Origin: the human T2T-CHM13v2.0 reference genome, Homo sapiens
Length of the DNA: 64,000 nucleotides
Strand: one strand, 5' to 3'
Assembly (NCBI RefSeq): GCF_009914755.1
Contig: NC_060937.1
In this document: in pieces, positions 26,725 through 43,499 of the stretch
Position numbering within the stretch: the stretch's first letter is position 1
Layout of the letters: the number at the start of each line of letters is the position of its first letter
The notes under the pieces: model-generated
What the model was told of the DNA's origin: nothing
Databases searched by the model: none
The model's input: the letters and a program-made list of their open reading frames with translations, nothing else
Position numbers and translations under genes: made by a program

Positions 26725-27924
26725 TCACTGCCTGTGCACGTGCAACTTGGCTTCATTTGTCCATTTCATGCATTGGAGGTTGATGGTGTCCTGAGGGTGC
26801 TCCCTGCTTAGGCATGCGCTCTGCAATCTCATGCTGGCTTTGCTGGTCTGCCCTGAATCAGCAGTGATGAGGCAGTAGTCAGGTCTGGGGTCAGACTTGG
26901 TGATGGCCTTGATCAGGGTTCAGAACACCACGAGTCTACGAGGGGTGAAGGATATTCTCCTGGGATCGAAAGGGAAAGATTCCTTAAGTCCCCTCCTGGG
27001 TGAATTGCATCTGAAAGCTTTGCTGGCAGCTTCTCTGCACTGAAGCTCTGGTAAATGTCTGGGTTATCTCAGTAAAAATAACTCTTGGGCTAAGGGGAAA
27101 TGTTCTTTTTTGTACTTTCCACACAGCAGCCTGACATTGCTTGCAGTGTCTTTGTTGGACATCACTGGGCTTAGCCGCACCCTTGATCCACTCTGGCCAG
27201 TCCATACGGAAGTCAAATGCTCCCCGCTGCAAGCAATAAATACAACATAGCCCAGAGGAAATTTATTTATTCCAGCAGCCAGGTGTTTGGGCCTCAGTAC
27301 CTCTTCATGAGTCAGAAAAAAAAAATAGTAGTTTTCTATTTGTCTCCCTCCAACTAATCTGAAATTCTTCAGGCATTATATATAACAGCTGAGTCTTAAC
27401 GCTTCCTTTCAAACTTTAATCAGCGACATGAGGCACATGTGCTTGTCTCCTGTGTGTTCCTCATCATTTTTAAGTGCCAGTTTGTAGGTTTAATATCATC
27501 TAAAATGTCAGGGCTCTGGCATGGTTCTAATCTGAGTCCCTTTCTATCTTTCCTCCATTGTTTATGGAAATGATATGAATGCGCCTCCACTCAGTAAGGA
27601 TTTGCTGAGCATTTTGCCACATTTGTCTTAAGTTCTGAGCTCATCTGGCTCCTTAAAGATGTTTGATTTTGTGTAATCTCAAGGGAGATTATGTTATTAC
27701 GAAGAGGCATAGAAAACAAAACCGACTTCAGAATGGGTCGTAGACGTGCTGAGGTTCTAAGCAGGTGGACATCTGTGGTTGGCTCCTGTGAGCGGACCTT
27801 GGATGAGCAGAAACTGTTCTCTTGTACGAGTTTTCCAGGCTTTCCAATTCCTCAGCATCGTGGAGTCATGAGGTGTTATTATACTGTCATTAATGAGTGA
27901 CTTGGCTTATTGAATATTATAGTT

Positions 27925-28285
27925 TGCATGTAAGGTGGCTTAGTCAAATAGCAGTTCATTTCCCTTAAAGCATGAAGTATGGTATGGTCTAGTGGTTCTG
28001 TGACATCCCTGAGTCCCAGTCTCCTCCTGCTGTTCTGTTCCCCCGTCCTGACCTTATGGCTTTTGTCGTCTCATTTACCACCTCATGGCTGCAAGAAGGA
28101 GGCTTCAGCTTTCTCCCCCTCACCTGGTCCAGAAGTATCTCAGGACCCTGCTCTCCCTCACCCCACCCTCATTCTTGCAAGGGAGGCAGTGAATCTGAGT
28201 ATTTCTGGCAAAACTTATTGATGCCCTGGGCAACACTGGGATTCTTTAGTAACAAATAGGGGGAGTATTTGGTGTACAGTCCACC
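27925..28285 (-). mobile_element. Old MLT1 (J/K-like) LTR remnant
   Basis: cctcatggctgcaagaaggaggcttcagct; cttgcaagggaggc...gggattctttagtaa. Confidence 0.5.
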
Positions 28286-30242
28286 CAAGATACATATCTT
28301 AATTCTCTTCTGAGTCTAATAATCACTTTTTGTTTCATCTGGTCCTGCCTCCGGGCAGTATCGGCGTTGTAGTTTCTGTTAAACGCTTCCCTGTGCTCTC
28401 AGTGTTTTCCCAATTAATCTTCTGCCATTGCTCACTCAGGGTCCTTGACACGTTGCACATAACTAGGTACAGAAACCTCAAGTATCTTGACTGCTCTTTG
28501 AGGCTGTTAGACCCCCCTGACTACTTCCATGGTTCTTCATTCTGGCAACCGAGACTCCCTTCAGACCTGCCTCATATCCATGAGTCCCCTAGTTTTATAG
28601 TCTGTTTCCTTACTGATTCTTGGTGTCTGCATTTTTGTGGGTTTTTACCCCCTTAGAACCTCTCAGCACATCTACAACCCATTCTGAAATCGGTTTTGTT
28701 TTCTGGACCACTGGAAAAGCTATACACCCTGTGACCAATGCCTGTTAGAAGTCTCCAAAGCTTTAAGCAGTGGTTCTCACTGGAGGTCACAAAAGGCAGT
28801 ACTCATGCCAGGTGCTTTCTGTGTTAAGTGCATAAACCCTGAATGCACTCTAACCACATTCCCTTCACTTCATATATCTGAATTGTCAGGGGGACCCAGG
28901 AGAGGCTCAAATTGAGGATTTTCCCTCTAGACATTGCTGTTATTCTGGTATGACCTGTGGTGAGGGGAGGATTGATGCCATTACTTGGACAGGAAATCTA
29001 AATTAGTAATTTTCTTTCCAAGTAGGATGACTGCTGGGTAGAAACTTAAGATTCTGGAGGTAGAAAGAAATCTAGACAACATTGGTCAAATGCCTGTGTT
29101 TCATGGGCAAGACACCTTGCTTCAGAGAGATGGAATTATTAGAAGTCATATGTGTCAGTAGGGGTGGGTCCAGACTTAGGAGCCAAGGTTTTACATGCTT
29201 GACTATAGGGTTTTCCCCTCATATTTTTTTTTGGAGAAAGATTTTATCCTTCTACACCTGCCCCTTTCACCTAGGAAGGTTGGAATCACCAAGAAGACTG
29301 ACTAGCGGTAAGAGCAGTGGGTGGCTCGAGATACTCAGCCACCTGGTATCCACAGATATGATTGAAACAGCCTTTATGAAGACACTAAAGGGTCTCAGCT
29401 AAATCTTCTTACATGTTCTGCCTTGGCCTCCCCTCCTTCTGTACTTAAAAAGTATTTTGTCACTACACATTATATCATTGCAGTTGCTTTATATAATTAA
29501 CCTGGAAGAAAAAAAAAGGTGTCTGATTTCAAAGGAGAGTCAGAAATGCATTAATTTACCTTAGCAACTTACTTTATTTAGTGCAAAAGTGTCCCACATA
29601 CAGAGAGATCAATCACATCACAGATTTTCTTAATTGCACTTTACTGTTGAGTGCAATGAAAAACATCAGTACAGCCCGGTTTAATGCTTATATTCTAAGC
29701 CTTCCTTAGCTGTTGCTGAATGGGGTCCTATACTTTAGAAGTTGCTTTTGCAAGACACAGAAAGACCTGGGTTATACTCTCCTTTTCTACCCCTTCCAGG
29801 TTCTGGATGAATTGGTCTCAGTGCTCACCATGTGCTGGGCATTGAAATTGTTAAAAAATAATGAAACCACAGCAACAATACAAGCTCCCCAGGTGATGCT
29901 TCAGTGCAGTCAAGGTAGAGATGAAAATTTTCATGAGTTTATCAAAATGTTACTTACATTTAAGTAATCAGTTTTCATGAACTGAAATATACATTACATT
30001 TTTCTATATAAAATGCTCTGTAAAAGTCATTTAATGTAATTTTATAAATATGTATATATGACAAATGTAGATTTGTGTTCAATGATATCTATTCTGCAAT
30101 CTTTTTTTTTTACAACTAGTTATTAAGGCAAAATGAATCAATCAGACTCCATTGAAGGAAAGCTGGACTGAACATAAGAAGTGGTCAGATTTCATGTGTC
30201 ATTAAATTATTCAAATCTTTATTTAACAAAATAATTGGTTCT

Positions 30243-30690
30243 CTGGTAGATAATGATAGTTTTCCCTCAATATCCATTCTTCCTTCTCCTTTAATCATAG
30301 AACTTCAAAATGCTAGCTGGAGACATAATTTCCCAGAATAAAAACTAAATTCCCTAACCTCTTTCATAGCTATTATGGACATATAATTAAATTCTAGCCA
30401 AAGTGATAAGAGCAGAAGTGGTATAGTATCTTCCAGGAAGTCTCCTCAAGACAGGGAGCACACACTTCAGTCCCTTCTTCTATCCGACTCCATGGGACCT
30501 GCTGTTAGAGCCAAGGCTGCCATCTTGATCCACAAAGCTGCTGTCAAGTGCTGAGAATGGCCTGGTTTCCTAATGACTGTGGAGCCATTATACTTAGTCA
30601 ATTTGAGAGAGAAATAAATCACTTCTTGCTTCAGCCACTCTTGTTTTGTGTTTTCTATCTCATTAAGCCAAACTGAATTCCTTACCCGTT
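30243..30690 (+). mobile_element. MLT1J-like LTR
   Basis: caatatccattcttccttctcc...ctgccatcttga...gagagagaaataaatcacttcttgcttcagccact. Confidence 0.7.
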
Positions 30691-31314
30691 CTGTATTATA
30701 ATTGGATGGGACCACGCTAGTTAGGGGAGGGGCATAGTGAACAGAGTGTCTAGCTAGTTCATAGACATTCTGAAACATTCTGAAAACATTTATGGCTCTA
30801 AGAAAGCCCATTCTATACTCTTGACACTTTTTCAAAGTTCCTATTCTTCATCCACCCTTCAGTCCGTTTTGATCTATTTTCACTCTTCTGGTTGTCTTCA
30901 TATGTCCTCTTTCCATCTCGATGGGTGATGATCCAAGACGGCAAAACCAAGAGACAGAACTGATAGAATGTATTGCTTTAAGTATGTAAAATCACTTCTC
31001 TAAGGTCCTCAGATACTAATTCTTCAAGGCCCACACCTACAGTACAAGTTCTGAGCACAATGTATTTGAAGAATGCAATTATTAATTGGATGGATATTGA
31101 TTGAAGATTAATGAAAACTATTTTTCAAAGGAGATCCACCTTATGAATTGCTAAATTGAAGTTAGCCATTGAGGTTTTGGATCATGACATCAGCGATTGC
31201 CCAGTGGCTTTTCTAAATTAGGAAACAGTGTCTTGAAACCAAACAAGACACTTGGTTCTGGTTTTGGTACATGGAACCAAAACCAAACTCTGTTAAAAGA
31301 TTTGAAGTTATCTA

Positions 31315-31633
<319 letters not shown>

Positions 31634-32622
31634 CTAAACAATGATGGCAGGAAAATAGTCAAATCATCATCTATCTTGAGGTCAGAATCAGTTACTATTG
31701 CTGCACAGAGATAAAATGGCTGGGAAATGGTGGTGGCTGCACTAAAAGAGGGAGAGAGACCCAAATCGAAGTCTTTGGTACCGTTCAGGTAGTTATGCAC
31801 CTGCTTATCTCCCTTGGCCGCCATGGAAGTTGACACATGTCCTGTGCTTAATTCATATAGAAATGCTAGATGAATTAATGTAGTACAGAAAATGTTTGTC
31901 TCAACATTAAAAAAAGATTGGGAACAACAGAAAGTGTTCAAGAAGAACAAAAAATGTGTATAGGATAATGGGTTATATAAAGAAAATGTAAACATTTGGC
32001 ACACAGCTTGAAAGGGAGTTTAAGACATGATAATGGTTTCAAAGCATCTTTTGACATGAAGGCCTAGAGAGGACTGAACAATAGTATGAATTAAGGTGCA
32101 TCACAGCCATTTTGATTCATGTGGAAAAAGGTAATTTGGAAAACTGCATATGGTGTAAGAAAAATGTAGGAAACTAATTTTACTATGAATTGAACTTTAA
32201 CATTTTAAGTGATTATCAAATTATTTTGACAATGAATGACTTACAATATTTTGTTTGACTCAAACCTGTGACTAAGGCAAGTACAGTTTATTATAGAGAC
32301 TAGTTAGAAGGCAGCAGAAACAATTTCACAGAAGCAACTAGATATGTCTAGCTCACGTTTTGCTAATACATAGTAAACTGCAGAAGTCTTCTAATTTTTA
32401 GGTACTGAAAGTCAGAGTGATGATTAATTAGATTGGGAATTTGTCTCTGTAGTAAAAGATTATCTTGACAATAGATGGAAATAATGGAGTTTCTATTCTA
32501 AGAAATATTCTCCCTAAAGCAATCTTACCTTTACTGGAACTAGGTAAGCAAATTTTGATGGTATTCCCTTTGGATTCCCAAAGAATAGTGAACTCATATG
32601 AAAATGAAGAAATTTCAGTTTG

Positions 32623-32770
32623 AAACTATTAAAGAAGGAAGAGATGAGACTAATGGGCTGAAGATAAAATCCAAACCCATCAATTGCACCGTATATTTTA
32701 TTTTACTAAAGTGAGTAGAAAGATTTATTGCCTGTGTCTTAACAACGGAATTAAGCAAATTGAGTCAATT
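32623..32770 (+). repeat. Dispersed duplication, copy 1
   Basis: Aligns to 33873-34010. Confidence 0.92.
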
Positions 32771-33360
32771 ATTTAAGTCATATTTATTTGAAAGTCTGTT
32801 TTGAGGCCACAATTTAGCTTGACTGTCATTTAGCAGATCATCTGCTTACTTTTCCTTTAAAAATTTTATTTCTTTGTTTAATTAAAGATTATGTATAGTG
32901 ACAATAAACAGATTTGCTTTTTTAAGAGACAAAATCAATGATCACATTATACAATTATAAATAGATGTAAGTTGATAAATAACTGATTAATTTACTCTGA
33001 ACAACTGAATGGAAAACAACATCTTAGTATCCCCCCTTAAAATCCAAGTGATACGGTTCTTTCTCAAATCTAAGCAAAATTATAAACACCACTCAAATTT
33101 TTTTAAAGAAACCTCAAATGATATGTCTTTGTCAATTCATCACTATACATTGGTCATAGAGTCAAACTACATATAAAAAGCTTTATTTCATGGATATTTC
33201 AAGTTTGTTTGTTAAATATAACTTGTAAGACTTGCTTTTCTAATTAAAGAATCTAAATAACTTGTAGAAACATTCAGATATATTCTAAGTAATTATTTCC
33301 ATTGTTTAATCTTCATATAGTTTGAAATAAGCATGGAATTTCATAATCCACTTTACTGAA

Positions 33361-33698
33361 TTTTCTCCCTTCCTTCCTTTCTTCCTTCCTTCCTTCCTTC
33401 CTTTTTCTTTTTTTCTTTCTTCTTTCTTTCTTTCACTGAGACTGGAGTGCAAGGGTGTGATCATGGCTCACTGCAGCCTCAATCTCCCGGGTTCAAATCA
33501 TCCTCCCACCTCAGCCTCCCATGTAGCTAGAACCATAGGTGCACAACAGCATGCTCAACTAATCTTATTAAAATATTTTTTTGTAGAGAAGGGGTCTTGC
33601 TACATTGCCCAGGCTTTTCTCGAACTCTTGGGCTCAAGTAATTCTCCTGTCTTGACCTCCCAAGGTGTGATTACAGGCATAAGCCACTGCACCTGGCC
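33361..33698 (-). mobile_element. AluJ with (TTCC)n/(TTTC)n tail
   Basis: gatcatggctcactgcagcctc...gggctcaagt...gccactgcacctggcc. Confidence 0.9.
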
Positions 33699-33872
33699 AA
33701 TCAACAGTCTTAAGAATGGCTTAGATGTATATGGCTTCCCCGTATTTACACAATAGTTGTGGGAAACTGAATGGTGACACTATTAGAGCAATCAAATGAC
33801 TTATTACTGAAAGCCCTCTAGAGATTGTCTAGTTCAAACCCAAATTCTATTTTTAGATTAATTAAAAGTTTT

Positions 33873-34010
33873 AAACTATCAAGGAAGAGATGAGACTAAT
33901 GGGCTGAAGATAAAATCCAAAGCTACCAATTGCACCTTAGATTTTATTTTACTGAGTAGAAAGATTTACTGCCTGTGTCTTAACAAAATAATTAAGCAAA
34001 TTGAGTCTAT
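33873..34010 (+). repeat. Dispersed duplication, copy 2
   Basis: aaggaagagatgagactaatgggctgaagataaaatccaaa is identical in both copies. Confidence 0.92.
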
Positions 34011-34835
34011 TGTGCTATCAAACATTAGATCGTATTGCTTTTATTGAACTGTATTTTTGTACCCATTAACCATCCCACTTCATCCTCACCGCCCCACTGT
34101 CATCGAATAATGGTAACCATTATTCAACTCTCTATCATCATGAGATCAATTTTTTTTAGCTCCCATATCTGAGTGAGAACTTGCAAAATTTGTCTTTCTG
34201 TGCCCAGCTTATTTCATTTAACATAAAATCCTTCAGTTCCAACCATGAAGCTGCAAATGACTTGACTTTATTCTTTTTTATTGCTGAATAATATTTCATT
34301 GTGTATATATGCCACATTTTCTTTACCCATTTATCTGTTGATGGAGACTTAGGTTGGTTTCATGTCTTGGCTATTGTGAATAGTGCTGCAATAAACACGG
34401 GAGCACAGATATCACTTTGATATATGAATTATCTTTCTTTTGGATATATAGATAGCAGTGGGATTGTGAATCATATGATAGTTATATTTCTAGTTTTTTG
34501 AGGACCCTCCAAATTGTTCTCCATAGTGACCGTGCTAAGTTTACATTCCCTCCAACAGCGTACAAAGGTTCCCCTTTTTCCACATCCTCACCAGCATTCA
34601 TTATTCCCTGTCTTTTTGATAAAAGCCATTTTAACTGCAGTGAGAGGATATTTCACTGTGGTTTTGATTTGCATTTCTCTGATGATTGGTGACATTGAAC
34701 ACCTTTTCATATACCTATTTGCCATTTGTATGTCTTCTTTGGAGAAATGTCTATTCAGATATTTTCCCCATTTGTAAATTAGATTATTTGGGATTATTTT
34801 TTGCTATTTTGTTTGAGCTCCTTATACATTCTGGT
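34008..34835 (-). mobile_element. L1MA-type 3' fragment lacking its terminal 3' end
   Basis: aactgtatttttgtacccattaacc...ttttagctccca...ctattgtgaatagtgctgcaataaac. Confidence 0.88.
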
Positions 34836-35049
34836 TAATTGAATTTTCTCTTTCATGAATTTCTGATTATATTTGTTTTCCAGTTCACCACTGGAATCTT
34901 AGTCGTTTTCTAATTAAATGTGTAACTGTCATAGATGTTGCACATGTTTTGCTAAAATTGAAACTATTTTTGGTAGCATTTTTTTTTTTTTTGCTGATCA
35001 CATCCTCTTTCTTTTTTTAAATAAAATAGTTCTTAATAATTATCACATT

Positions 35050-36005
35050 TATATTATTTAAATTCTTTGTATTTTTGAAAATCATTTTGTGAAGTTCCAC
35101 ACTTGAGATTTCAATTGGGATGTCTAACCTACACATGGAGCTGCAAGGAATCAATGTCTTTCCTCTGTCTACACAAGCAGAAACATGGATGCTTTTGATT
35201 ACGTATTCAGGTTTTCTTTTATTATACATTGGCTTTCTTTTTACATGTTTTCTACACATGGTAGAAAAAAACACATTTGCACAATAATATGCCCAGAAAA
35301 AAATGCTAACAGTTTTCAAGGCTTTTGTAAGATCTAAACATTTTACTACAAGGTTGTTATTGGTATACTGGAAAAATTCTTGATATTTGTGTATTTGTCT
35401 CGTGTACATCTACTGTGTTGAATTTTGTTATTAATTTGAAGAGGTTTTTTTCAGCTTATTTATATAGATTTTCTAGATACATAGCAGTGTCTGTCATTAA
35501 TAATGATACTATTGTCTCTTCGTAATTATTATAATCTGTTTTCAGTCTCAGTGTAGCACCCAGAACAATGGTAAAGGAGAATGATGGTTATAACCTTCCT
35601 TTAACAAGATTGACACTCATTGACTTACTAATGGCAATGGCTTTTGGTATGAGATTGTTCATCTATGTCATGTTTTTATTCTTAAGATTAAAAAAACTTA
35701 TACAATCAAGAATAATGATTGAATTTTATTAAATATCTCTTTTTAACCATCAATTAAGGCAACTACAAGATTTTTCCAGATTGAGTTAATAATTCTAGAC
35801 TCTATTGTTATAACGCTAGAATCACTATTATTATAATGCTAGAATCCTTATTAAACCATTCAAGGATTTGTTTTTGATATTAGAGTGTTATAAATTTGCT
35901 AGTATTTCAGTTAGGACTTTTGTATATGCATACAGAAATACATAAGATTGATCTCTAATTTCTGTTTTGCTCATTATCAGACTTGTTTATTAGAGTTATG
36001 GTAGA
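35050..36005 (-). mobile_element. Degraded ancient L1M ORF2 remnant (appears to continue after 38155)
   Basis: T-rich; gattttctagatacatagc and ttgaattttattaaat resemble L1 ORF2 antisense. Confidence 0.5.
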
Positions 36006-36007
36006 TT

Positions 36008-38156
<2,149 letters not shown>

Positions 38157-38616
38157 TTAAGATACATTCCTCAGCTTTTTTCCAAGGTGTAAAAAGATGT
38201 ATAAATGATCAGGATGACCTAGCAAGTCAGAGGTTGAAATTATTCACCTGTGTGCCTGGACACATAATAAAATACAGTCTTTACTTCATGCCTTCTATTT
38301 TTAGACACATTCAGGTTTTCAGTGTAGTTATTTAACGTTTTTCCAGTATAACCTCCATTTCTTTGTAATATATCAAATTCTTAACATGAAATTATTCAAA
38401 ATATTCTATATTTGTTGATTTAACTTTTTTCTAAATTTGATTTTTTTTCTTGAGTTGGTATTCCTGTTACTTAAATTGTTCCCTAAGAAACAACTATTTA
38501 ATTAATATATATTAATTTTAATTTTTTTCTGCATCTGTTTTTTATTTTGTTCTTTTTTATTCACACATTTATTATTTTCTGGTCAAGTTATTTTTAATAT
38601 TTTAAACTCTATTTTA

Positions 38617-38817
<201 letters not shown>

Positions 38818-39789
38818 AAATTTAAAATTAAAAATATTATAGTATTCTTAGGCTTTAAATATTCCTTTGGTGGCCTCATCATGATTTTATTTTGCAATGT
38901 TTTCTATCTGTTTTTTTATCAATTAAGTCTTCAAATAATGTTTTAGCATTCAGGATCTTTGTATCATATGAACAAATTTATAATATTATCAGATAATATA
39001 TTATTATCTGATAATCTTGCCTCTATAATTTCTGTCTCTACAATTATGGAATTGAGATTGTTTTTGGCTCAATTTACTATTGAGTTTTCTGTAGAATGTA
39101 AAACTTGGTTTAGCTTGACTAAGATTAATTTACTAATTATGTTGTTTTAATTATTTATGTCTTTGAATGTATCTGATCTATCACATATTGGTGCTGGTGT
39201 ATTCAAGGGGTTCACTGTATTTTTGCTTTTTGTTCATTGTTCTTTGCATTTATAAGGGAGATATATAATTTTAAAATGTATAATTATGTAGGTTATATAT
39301 AATAGGTAAGATAACTATGACATTATTTTATGTGGAGTATAGTGTAATGCCTATTTGTCTTATTATTTGTATAATTTGTATAATTAATACAATGTAATGA
39401 GTGTCCTTTTTAGTTTTAATACATTTAATATTGAGTATTTCTTTGATATTAATGTTGTCTCCTTGGCTCTTTTTTGTTGCTGTTTGCTTCATTTCTGATG
39501 TATCTTTTTATTTATTTATTTTTCTTTCTTTCTTTAGTATTATTTAGTTTTAGGCCCAAACTGAAATGTTATCCCCCAAATTAAAAATAAGTAAATAAAA
39601 AGTCAAATCCACAAATCTTTGTGCTTTAACATTAGGCGTTGAAGTCACTAGTATAATTGATACGTATAATAACTTTTCATGCTCCTGCTTATCTTGTCAT
39701 GTTGTTGAAAGGTGAAGTGAAATAATAGCAGGGTTTCTGGCATATCCTATGCTCTCAATAAACATTTAGGTGAAGCAACATGTTTCGGT

Positions 39790-40030
39790 GGCTCAACACT
39801 GGCTCTGAAGGCTAGTCTTCTGAGTTAAAATTGCAGTTCTAACATTTACAAACTATTTGTCTTTGAATAATTTACTGATTTTTTTTTATCTTCAATGTCA
39901 TTTCTGAAAAATGTGGCAAATAATAATATCTACTTCATAAAATGGTCTTAAGAAATAAATGAAAAAAAGAGAAGCAAACATGTATAGTACCTGGCATAAA
40001 ATGAGAGTTAAATAAATATTAGCTATTTTT
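39790..40030 (+). mobile_element. MIR SINE
   Basis: ggctctgaaggc...ataataatatctacttcata...tagtacctggcata...taaatattagctatt. Confidence 0.65.
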
Positions 40031-40316
40031 ATTCTTTGCAGATTCTTGAATCTTGTTTTTTTGTTCTGTAGTGATTTGGAAAACAGGTGTGCATCCTGTT
40101 TTTAACTCCACTGGCAATTACCTTTGAAGTTTTTAAAAAACACAGTGCAAACCAAATTTTTCTAATTACCAATGAACAACAGCATCATAACTTCTGACGC
40201 TGCCCTATGTAAACTAATCTCAGCATATTTTTAGCAAACTTTAGTGAACTTTTACATTTTTATCATTTAAAAAATAAATCTGAATCTTATTGATAAATAA
40301 AATTGTTAGTAGACTA

Positions 40317-40556
<240 letters not shown>

Positions 40557-41895
40557 TTATTTGCAAAAAATCACTTAGATATGTAACTACTGTACTTGTT
40601 TAATTTTATTCTGTGTTCAGCCTTTTTTCTTTAGGTTATGTACTTCATATTTTTGGCTCTTTAATGTTCATTACATTTTTGGTCATCTCGAGTATATTCT
40701 GAAGTCTTTTTTCAGGCAATATACATGAAAATTATTTTTTCAGTTTTCTTGTATATCTGGAAAAAGAACCCCTTTCCTTCCCATTTGTGAATTAACAACT
40801 AGTTTGATGTAGGGAAGTCTTTGATTTCTTATTCACCTATGTGGACATTGCTCTATTTTCTTCTGAAATCTATTCTGATGATGAAGAAATATAAGGTCAA
40901 TGTGATGTATCTTCTATTGTTGAAAAACAGAGTTTTTTTTCTTGATTTTTGAAATTTGTCCTATTTTCAAGTTTTATATTCTGTTTTTGAAACCCTTTTT
41001 ATCTAACGATGAAATTAATTTTTTCATTTCATTTAAGTATACATATATTGTAGTTTCTTTTGCTTCCTTTGTTACTTTGCTCTTCATTTTATCATTTACT
41101 CCTAGTATTTTTATTTTTCCTTTGCATTTTGAGATAACTTCTTTAATTTTTCCTTGAGTAGGACCTAAACAGATGTAGATTCTTTTAATGATGCTACCTT
41201 GGGATTTTAATTCTACTTTTGAAGTTTAAGAGAAGGTCACAACGTTTTCCAATTTCAGATTAAATCTCAGACTTTCATCTTTTTGTCTTGTATTGATCAG
41301 TTTTTAGGGCAGCATACTTTTTTAAAATATGGCATCTATGATTTCTTGTATATCTTTGAGAAAAAAGCAAATATTTATCTACAAATTCTTATTTTACATG
41401 TAGCAAGTAATTTTCAGAGATAGGATTCCTTAAAATCTTTAGGATAGTTGATACTCTACTTTTTTATGATGTCGCATAAACGTTCATAAGGAAATTAAGG
41501 AATTATTGTTTCTTATCCTTTGACTCAGAAGCATTGGTCTTTTTTTTTAGCATTTGCCAGCAGATAGAATACAAAGTCTTCCTTTGGCTGCTCTTACTTT
41601 CCACTTAGGTGCTTACTGAAAACCTGTGTCAGGACAAAAACAGAGTGTGGATCTTGAAAGCAGGATTTATCCAGTAAAGTTCTTCCAGACTTAGATAAAC
41701 TCTTCTTTTATCCCGTGGCTTAAGAACTTTGCCTCTGACTCTGAGATTGATAAGTTCTATCCCCACATCACTTGTGGGTATCCATGATTCTTTTTTAATC
41801 CTAAGTATTTATATTTAAAAATGAGTATTTCTGGCATATTCTGGTAACACGGTTTTCTTTGTTTCTGCCTTCACGTGCATATCCCAAAATGTAAT

Positions 41896-42434
41896 TGAGA
41901 GACTAGAAATGGGCAATCACCAGACTATATGTAAAAACAGATCTAGAGCAACAAGCCCAGAAAGTCAACCCACTGTCTACAGTAACCAGCTCAGGAAGCC
42001 AGCCTATTATCTATAAGTCTGACTTGAAGGAAGTCAGATCACTACCTCCAGGAACCAGTTCAGGAAACCAAACAAAATCCCCTGTAAGTAATCATCAGCT
42101 CCAAATGGCCAGAACTTGATTAATAACTGGCAGTTTCTCTAATTTTTGTCCCTGCTTCCACCTTATGAACACCTAGAGAAGACCACATGTGCCCCAAAGC
42201 AATCACGGAAGATGCCCTGCTTCTAGATCGCCCCTCTCCATCTTCCTTGGGCCAGTAGCCTCCAATCAGGGCACATCTGAGCTCCTACCTTTTTCCTACT
42301 CTCAAGCTTTCTCTCTCTTCTGCCTGCCTTTGAGTCACTGCCAAAACGCAAGTGATGTTTGCTGCCTCCCTTGGTATAGCAAGTTCTGAAGTCTTTGCTT
42401 GTTCTCACTTGGTTGCCCTGCACTTATTTCCACA
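41896..42434 (+). mobile_element. ERV1 solo LTR (MER90-like)
   Basis: TG...CA; repeated aaccag..caggaa units; ctccaatcagggc; end ttatttccaca. Confidence 0.7.
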
Positions 42435-42557
42435 AATTATACTGTTTTCTTGGTCATTAAGCTTTAGAAATTCTAGATATTTCAGAATGCCTGTTAAAGG
42501 GCTATGCAGATGGTGAATAGCATGGTGGTGGTGGCCACATGGAGGAGCTAACTTTTA

Positions 42558-42940
<383 letters not shown>

Positions 42941-43499
42941 TGCAGGTCCTCTAACTCCCAGCTGGTGGGAGGCAGTGGGTAGAAGGCATCATCTGAGCAG
43001 GATGTACTGCTCTATCTCAGAGAGCAACATAAATGCAGGGCAGCAGTTTTGTTGGTAAGTCTATCTCCATCTATTCTCTATGTACTGGAAATCCCTCCCA
43101 CACTCTATCAATGGTTTGCTATTATCCTTAATTTCCTGGAATATCACACAATTAATTTTTTTTATGTCTTCTTTGCATTTTAGTGGGGAAATTTGGAGAA
43201 AATCAGGAATTGCTACACAAATGCCATCTTAACCTGGAAATCAAACCCAACCCAGCCATTTTAGAAACATGAAAACTGGGGCTTAGATCTCTTGATCCCT
43301 TGTCTATGATATACTCTGCTCTTTGTTTTCATTTTCTTTTTCATAACTCATCAGAGTCCTCAGCCAACTCTTTGGAATGAATTTAGAGAAATCGCTTCTT
43401 CGCATAATAGCTGTATAATCTTGGACAGTTTATGTAATCTTCTTAGGCCTCAATTTTGTCATAAAAATGTTGCTAATAGGATTGCCAAGGAATTAAACA

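Noticed and set aside
29775-29920. Strong acceptor at 29799 as an exon start
   Set aside because: No convincing downstream donor; isolated acceptors such as this and 3747 are common
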